Assembly (NCBI GenBank): GCA_034670305.1
Contig: JAXMNT010000023.1
Location: 32,001-96,000 of the forward strand
Length of the DNA: 64,000 nucleotides
Origin: Deltaproteobacteria bacterium
Lineage (GTDB): Bacteria; Myxococcota_A; Polyangia; Polyangiales; Houyiibacteriaceae
Reading direction: 5' to 3'
Shown here in pieces: positions 58,241 to 64,000 of the stretch (positions are counted from its first letter, which is position 1; each line of letters starts with the position of its first letter). Position numbers and translations under genes: made by a program. Under the pieces are notes generated by a model, which was given only the letters and a program-made list of their open reading frames with translations, made no database searches and had not been told where the DNA came from.

Positions 58241-59134
58241 ATGGAGGACCGGCGCGCCAAGCTCGAGCGGAAGCTCTACAAGAAGCTCAAGACGACCTGC
58301 ACAGCCTGGCAGCTGCTGGCGCCGGGCGACCGGGTCATGGTCGCGATCAGCGGGGGCAAAGACAGCTACGTCATGCTCCACCTGCTGCACAAGCTGGTGC
58401 CGCGCCTCCCGTTCGAGGTCGAACTCATCGCCGTGCACCTCGACCAGGTGCAGCCCGGCTACGACGGCGCGCCGCTCGTGGAGTGGTTGCAAGCGTCGGG
58501 GCACCGGTTCGAGATCCTCCGCGAGAACACCTACGAGGTCGTGGTCGACCGCACGAAAGAGAACGGCACCTACTGTTCGCTCTGCTCACGTCTGCGGCGC
58601 GGCATCCTGTACACCGCGGCCGAGCGCCTCGGCTGCAACAAGATCGCGCTCGGCCACCACCGGGAAGACACGCTCGAGACCTTCCTGATGAACCTGTTCT
58701 ACGCCGGCAAGATGCAAGCGATGCCAGCGGTCTACACGACCGACGACGGCCGCTTCGACGTCATCCGGCCACTCATCGAATGCGACGAGGCGTCGATCGC
58801 CGAGCTCGCCGCGATCGAGGCGTTCCCGATCCTTCCGTGCAACCTCTGCGGCAGCCAAGACGGCCTCAAACGCGACGCGATGAGTGCGCTCCTCACGAGC
58901 CTCGAGAAGGACAACCCGCACCTGCGCTCGGTGATGCTCAACGCGATTCGCAACGTGCGGCCGACCCATCTTCTGGATCCAGAAGTCACCGAAGCCTGGG
59001 CCAAGCGCCCCGCCCACATCCCGCCGAAACAGCTGGCGGTCTCGACCACCCAGCACGCGGGCGCCGAACCCGTGATGTCCAGCGCAGCGCAGCCGGCGCC
59101 AAGCGGCAAACACCGACTCCCTTTGGCGGAGTAG
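58241..59134 (+). CDS. ttcA: tRNA 2-thiocytidine(32) synthetase
   Basis: PP-loop SGGKDS, CSLCSRLRRG, LGHHRED and CNLCGSQ. Confidence 0.93.
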   Translation: MEDRRAKLERKLYKKLKTTCTAWQLLAPGDRVMVAISGGKDSYVMLHLLHKLVPRLPFEVELIAVHLDQVQPGYDGAPLVEWLQASGHRFEILRENTYEVVVDRTKENGTYCSLCSRLRRGILYTAAERLGCNKIALGHHREDTLETFLMNLFYAGKMQAMPAVYTTDDGRFDVIRPLIECDEASIAELAAIEAFPILPCNLCGSQDGLKRDAMSALLTSLEKDNPHLRSVMLNAIRNVRPTHLLDPEVTEAWAKRPAHIPPKQLAVSTTQHAGAEPVMSSAAQPAPSGKHRLPLAE

Positions 59135-59173
59135 CGTCCCCGGATACCGGCGCGTCGCTGGTAGAGTGCCACC

Positions 59174-60274
59174 ATGCGGATTCTCTACGGCGTCACCGGT
59201 GAAGGCATGGGGCACGCGATCCGGTCGCGGGTCGTGCTCGAACACCTCATTCACCAGGAAGGCCACGAGGTCGAGATCCTCGCGAGCAACCGCGCCGCGA
59301 CCTACCTCGCCGGCGTGTTCGGCGAAGGGGTCTCCGCGGTCGGCTCCAAGGTGCGCAGCATTCACGGGCTGCACATCGTCACCGAGCAGAACCGGGTGCG
59401 GAAGGGCAAGACGCTCTGGTCGAACGTGCGCGAGGGTCTCAAGAACCTTCCGAAACAAGTCGGGACCTACTTCGATCTGCTGGAGGAGTTCGAGCCCGAA
59501 GCGGTGATCAGCGACTTCGAGAGTTTCTCGTACCTCTACGCGAAGGCGCACGACCTGCCCGTGTTCAGCATCGACAACCAGCAGGTCATGAACCGCTGCG
59601 AGGTGCCGGACGAAGTGGTCGGCGAAGACCGCGCCGAGTTCGACCTCGTGAAGGCGTTCGTCAAAACCAAACTTCCGTTCTGCGACCACTATTTGATCGC
59701 GACCTTCTTCGAGCCACCGATTCGAAAGCAGCGAACGACGCTCTTCGGACCGATTCTGCGCGCAAGCATTCTGGACGCCCCAACCAGCGACGGTGACCAC
59801 CTGCTCGTCTACTCCACAGTCCAGGAGAACACCGCGCTGCTCGATGCGCTCAAGCAGTCGGGCCTCGAGTGCCGGGTGTACGGCATGCGAAGAGACCTCG
59901 AAGCCGACGAGACCGACGACAACCTCGTGCACCGTCCGTTCTCCGAAGAGACCTTCATCGCGGATCTCGCCTCTTGCCGTGGGTGTGTGGCGTCGGCTGG
60001 GTTCACCCTGATGGGTGAGTGCGTCGTGATGCACAAGCCGCTCTTGGCGGTGCCACTCGAAGGTCAGTTCGAGCAGACCTTCAACGCCCGCTACCTGGCC
60101 CACCTGGGGTACGGGGCCATGGCGGAAGCGGTGACCGAGACTTCGTTGAACGCGTTCCTCGAGCGCACCGACGAGTTCTCGCGCGCGCTGGCCGGCACCA
60201 CCCACGACCGCAACCAGGGTCTGCTCTCGCACCTCGACGCGCTGCTCGATCAGGCCGCCGCAGGCTTGTTCTAG
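59174..60274 (+). CDS. GT-B glycosyltransferase (MJ1255/VC2487-like)
   Basis: MRILYGVTGEGMGHAIRS, ISDFE, SIDNQ and GQFEQTFNA. Confidence 0.85.
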   Translation: MRILYGVTGEGMGHAIRSRVVLEHLIHQEGHEVEILASNRAATYLAGVFGEGVSAVGSKVRSIHGLHIVTEQNRVRKGKTLWSNVREGLKNLPKQVGTYFDLLEEFEPEAVISDFESFSYLYAKAHDLPVFSIDNQQVMNRCEVPDEVVGEDRAEFDLVKAFVKTKLPFCDHYLIATFFEPPIRKQRTTLFGPILRASILDAPTSDGDHLLVYSTVQENTALLDALKQSGLECRVYGMRRDLEADETDDNLVHRPFSEETFIADLASCRGCVASAGFTLMGECVVMHKPLLAVPLEGQFEQTFNARYLAHLGYGAMAEAVTETSLNAFLERTDEFSRALAGTTHDRNQGLLSHLDALLDQAAAGLF

Positions 60275-60329
60275 AACACGTTCGACCAAGTTCGTCCTTC
60301 TCAAACCCACGGCGCGTCTGCACAATCCA

Positions 60330-60785
60330 GTGGTGGGGACGACACAGGAACCAGTCGTCGGTCGGACGATCGCGTATGGCGAAGTGCGTGCGACGATGGT
60401 GCTCGTGCACTCGGCGGTCACGCCGGACAGGCAGGAGTGGGCGGGCTATGTCGAGCGGCTGGCGTCGTACCAGCCCGAAGGTCCGCGCACGTTGCTGGTC
60501 GTCACCGCGGGCGGCGCGCCCAACGCTGCCCAGCGGCGTGCCCTCTTCAAGCTCGGCTACGAAGCGTTCGTGGTGGCGGTGATCACCGGCTCGATGTTCC
60601 ACCGCGGGATCATCACCGCCATCAGCTGGGGCGGCGCCAAGATCCGTGGGTACCGTCCCAGCGAGATGGATGTCGCGCGGACCTTCCTCGCCCTCGAACC
60701 CGCGCAGTGGAGCAGTGTTCGACGTCTCGCCGACGAACTCGGCGAGAAGCTCCGCATGGCGGCTCCGCAGCCGATGCCCCAGTAG
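60330..60785 (+). CDS. Small STAS/SEC14-like protein
   Basis: LLVVTAGGAPNAAQR and VAVITGSMFHRGIITAISW. Confidence 0.6.
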   Translation: MVGTTQEPVVGRTIAYGEVRATMVLVHSAVTPDRQEWAGYVERLASYQPEGPRTLLVVTAGGAPNAAQRRALFKLGYEAFVVAVITGSMFHRGIITAISWGGAKIRGYRPSEMDVARTFLALEPAQWSSVRRLADELGEKLRMAAPQPMPQ

Positions 60786-60787
60786 CC

Positions 60788-62872
60788 TTACGCGGGCTCG
60801 TCCGAGTGGCCCGCTTCGGTGTACGCGTCCGCCTGCAGTGAGAACATGCGCGCGTAGAGGCCGTCCGCTTTCGCCAGCAGCTCCTCGTGGGTGCCGATCT
60901 CCACGATGCGGCCGCCCTCGAGCACCACGATGCGGTCCGCCATCTTCACGCTGCCGAAGCGGTGCGTGATGAGGATGCTGGTCGAGTCGTCTTTGAGCGC
61001 TTCGAAGCGTTCGAAGATCGCGTGCTCCGCTTCCGCGTCGATGCTCGCGGTCGGTTCGTCGAGAATCAGCACCTTGCTCTTGCGCATGAACGCGCGCGCG
61101 AGCGCGACCCGTTGCCACTGACCGATCGAGAGCTGCTCGCCCCCGAACCAGCGGCCGAGCGGGGTGTCGTACTTCTTCGGCAGCTTCTGGATGACCTCGT
61201 CTGCGCCGGCACTCTCCGACGCGCGGAGCACCGCGTCGCGATCGTGCAAGCTCGGCAACCAGCCGAGCCCGACGTTCTCGGCCGCGCTGAAGTGGTAGTG
61301 CACGAAGTCCTGAAAGATGACGCCGATGCGCTGGCGCAGCTCGCCCCGGTCCATCGTCGCGACGTCCGAGTCACCGATCAGGATCGACCCTTCTTTGAGT
61401 GGATACAGTCCGGCGAGCAACTTCACGAGCGTCGTCTTGCCGGCGCCGTTGGGGCCGACGAGTGCGATGGTCTCCCCCGGCGCGATCGTCAGATCGATGT
61501 CTTCGAGCGCGGCGCGCTTGCTGCCGGGGTATCGGAACGAGACCTTCTCGAACCGGATCTCCGGCGGCACGTCCGAGACGTCCGCGTCGCCGACTTCGAG
61601 CTGCGCCACGTCGTCGTCCGGGATGGCGAGGTACTCGAAGAGGTTGTTCATGTAGAGGTTGTCCTCCCACGCGCGCGCGATCGAACTCATCGCGCTCTCG
61701 AACGACCCTTGCCCCTGCCGGAACACCGTCAGGTAGAGCGTCATGTCGCCGAGGGTGATCTGGGTGATCACCGTCGCGCTCACGACCACCACGTAGATGG
61801 CGTAGAACACCCCGGTCGAGAGCAGCCCGAGCAGGGTCACCGCGATGCCTCGGCGCCGCGCGAACGCGCGGTCCTCGGCGTAGAAGCTCTCGTGCAGCGC
61901 GCGGTGTCGGCGGAGCAACTCCGGACCGAGCGCGAAGAGTTTGACCTCTTTGACGTACCAGTCGCTCGTGAGCAGTTGCTGCAGGTAGTACGCCTGCCGC
62001 TCCCGCATCGTGCGGCGCGCATGGATGAGGTACTGCTCGGACGCGTAGCGGGTCTCGGCGAGAAACGGCAGACCGGCGAGCGCGAGCGCGAGCACCGCCC
62101 AGCCACTGAACTGCGCCAGCAGGATGCCGTACCCGATGAGGGTCACGGTGTCTTTGGCCAGACGCAGTCCATGCGTGATCATCTCGACCGGCCGCCACCC
62201 GCTCTCTTTGCGGGCGCGCTCGAGCTTGTCCATGAAGCGCGCGTCTTCGAAGTGCTGCACCCCGAGCCGAAGCGCTTTGGCAAAGATCAAATGGTCGACG
62301 TGCATGCCGAGCCGCGCCCGGAGCAGCAGCCCGAAGTACCCGCCGCCTTGGTTCGCGAGGTGTGCGGCCAGAATGAGCCCGAGCTCCACCCCCACCCACA
62401 CGATGCTCGGCCCCGCCGGATGGTCCGGGTGTTCGATCGCTGCGACCACCGCGTCCACGATGCGTTTGCCGACGTACGCGATCGCGACCGGCAAGAGCGC
62501 GCCGAGCAAGTTGCAGAGCACGTACCGAAACGTGAGGCTCCGCTCCACCTTCCACGCGATCCCCACCGCCCGCCGGAGGTTGGAGAGCAACATGCGCAGC
62601 TGCGCCCACTGACTCCGAGGCGGCTCCTCGAAATCGGCATCGGGATCAACTTCAGGATCGGATTCGGCTTCGGAGTCGGCGGCCTCGGCTTCGGAGTCGG
62701 CTTCGGCTTCGACTTCGGCTTCGGAGTCGGCTTCGGCTTCGGCGTCGGCTTCGGCTTCGGCTTCGGCTTCGGAGTCGGCTTCGGAGTCGGCTTCGGCTTC
62801 GGCGTCGGCGTCGCCGTCCCCGTCCCCGTCCCCTTCCGGGATGACCTCGTCGTCTTCGATCTCCTCGCTCAC
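60788..62872 (-). CDS. ABC transporter, fused permease/ATP-binding, with acidic N-terminal tract
   Basis: Walker A GPNGAGKT, signature LSIGQWQ, Walker B ILDEPT and 6-TM domain. Confidence 0.92.
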   Translation of the reverse strand: MSEEIEDDEVIPEGDGDGDGDADAEAEADSEADSEAEAEAEADAEAEADSEAEVEAEADSEAEAADSEAESDPEVDPDADFEEPPRSQWAQLRMLLSNLRRAVGIAWKVERSLTFRYVLCNLLGALLPVAIAYVGKRIVDAVVAAIEHPDHPAGPSIVWVGVELGLILAAHLANQGGGYFGLLLRARLGMHVDHLIFAKALRLGVQHFEDARFMDKLERARKESGWRPVEMITHGLRLAKDTVTLIGYGILLAQFSGWAVLALALAGLPFLAETRYASEQYLIHARRTMRERQAYYLQQLLTSDWYVKEVKLFALGPELLRRHRALHESFYAEDRAFARRRGIAVTLLGLLSTGVFYAIYVVVVSATVITQITLGDMTLYLTVFRQGQGSFESAMSSIARAWEDNLYMNNLFEYLAIPDDDVAQLEVGDADVSDVPPEIRFEKVSFRYPGSKRAALEDIDLTIAPGETIALVGPNGAGKTTLVKLLAGLYPLKEGSILIGDSDVATMDRGELRQRIGVIFQDFVHYHFSAAENVGLGWLPSLHDRDAVLRASESAGADEVIQKLPKKYDTPLGRWFGGEQLSIGQWQRVALARAFMRKSKVLILDEPTASIDAEAEHAIFERFEALKDDSTSILITHRFGSVKMADRIVVLEGGRIVEIGTHEELLAKADGLYARMFSLQADAYTEAGHSDEPA

Positions 62873-62915
62873 CGCGCGGGCTTACCACATGCCCGCTGGG
62901 AACACAGACCTCCGA

Positions 62916-64000
62916 TCACCCAGACGAAGGCTGGCCCTCGAGCCACGCGAGCCGCCGCGCCAGAAGCGCCCGGATGGCGTCGGTCGGGGCCAGCTCCACC
63001 GCGACCGCCCGGTGACGCGCCGCCTGCTCCAAGCCGCCCGCCCGGTGGTGCAGGTCGGCCAACACCGCGGACCATTGGTAGGAACCCGCGAGCCAGGTCG
63101 GCGGCTCGAACCCTTCGAGCGCAGCAAGCGCGGCGGCCGGTCCCTTCCACTGCGCCAGCGCGACTGCGTGGTTCAGCCGGTGCACGGGCGAGACCGCGAT
63201 CAGCGACGCATACCCCTCCACGACTTGGTCCCAGCGCGTCTCCTCAAAGCTCGCGGCCAGACAGTGCTCGGCGGCGATGCCCGCTTCCGCGTGGTAGCGG
63301 GAGAAGGTCTCCCCGCGCGCGGACCGTTCGAGCCAACTCAGTCCAGCGTGGATCTGCGCGGCGTCGAAGAGGCGGCGATCTTGTTCTTCCAACAGGAGCA
63401 GCCCGCCCGACGCGTCTTCACGGGCACCGGCCCGTGCGGCATGCAGATGCATCAGCGCCAGGAGCGCGCAGGTCTCGGGCGTGGGCGCCGCTTCGTTGTT
63501 GGATTCGTGCGCCGCAAGCACACCCGCCAACCGGATGGCCTCATCGCACAGCTCCCGCCGGAGTGCGGCGTCGGGGTGCGAAGAGAGATGACCCTCGGTG
63601 AACATCGTGTAGAGGACCGCGTGCACGGCCGGACGGCGCTGCTCGATCTCCGGGATCCCCTCGAGTTCGAGTGGGGCCTCGCGCAACCGGGCCCGCGCGC
63701 GGCTGAGCCGCTTGTAGATGTTCGCTTCGGTCCGGAAGAGGCGGAGCGCAATCTCGCGGACGTCGAAGCCGCAGAGCGTCTTGAGCGCCAGCACCAGTTG
63801 CGATTCGACCGGCAGCGCTGGGTCGCAGCAGACCAGCAACATCCGGAGCAGCCCGTCACCGACTTCGCCCCGAAGATGGGTCTCTGGCGGCGAGGCGTCT
63901 TCGACTTCGTCCATCGGGTGCCGTTCGAGGATCCCCTGGCGCCGAGATGCGGTTCGCAGCTCGGAGCGCAGCTGGTTCTGCGCCACCCGAAACAACCACG
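62916..64000 (-). CDS. ECF RNA polymerase sigma factor with C-terminal extension (N-terminus beyond the window)
   Basis: LRMLLVCCDP, LALKTLCGF..REIA, LYTMFTEG, LEEQDR and YHAEAGIAAEH. Confidence 0.85.
   Translation of the reverse strand, partial: WLFRVAQNQLRSELRTASRRQGILERHPMDEVEDASPPETHLRGEVGDGLLRMLLVCCDPALPVESQLVLALKTLCGFDVREIALRLFRTEANIYKRLSRARARLREAPLELEGIPEIEQRRPAVHAVLYTMFTEGHLSSHPDAALRRELCDEAIRLAGVLAAHESNNEAAPTPETCALLALMHLHAARAGAREDASGGLLLLEEQDRRLFDAAQIHAGLSWLERSARGETFSRYHAEAGIAAEHCLAASFEETRWDQVVEGYASLIAVSPVHRLNHAVALAQWKGPAAALAALEGFEPPTWLAGSYQWSAVLADLHHRAGGLEQAARHRAVAVELAPTDAIRALLARRLAWLEGQPSSG

Noticed and set aside
57008-58504. Extension of the oxidoreductase ORF to 708 aa
   Set aside because: The extension is antisense to the LysR gene, the repeat tract and ttcA. 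The real start is 57007.

Overview
High-GC bacterial chromosome segment, very likely myxobacterial (MYXO-CTERM protein, many Cys-rich lipoproteins, Mx162-like retron), with about 50 densely packed, mostly housekeeping, envelope or accessory genes. Examples are alpha-2-macroglobulin plus pbpC, cydAB, cysK, ttcA, a GH31 enzyme, an S9 peptidase, an ABC transporter and an ECF sigma factor. The most notable locus is an apparently complete retron system at 49942-55260: an alpha-helical repeat protein, a SWIM zinc-finger protein, a ~290-nt msr-msd ncRNA whose inverted repeats and msDNA hairpin are readable in the sequence, and a retron reverse transcriptase with a long N-terminal extension. Several dispersed non-coding repeat families are present. 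One 53-bp palindromic element lies inside two different apparent coding sequences in opposite orientations, and a ~510-bp nested-palindromic MITE/REPIN-like element lies at 47477-47986. I found no CRISPR array, tRNA, rRNA or transposase. Product calls come from motif recognition only, with no database searches, and many start codons are my own choice within the longer ORFs supplied.
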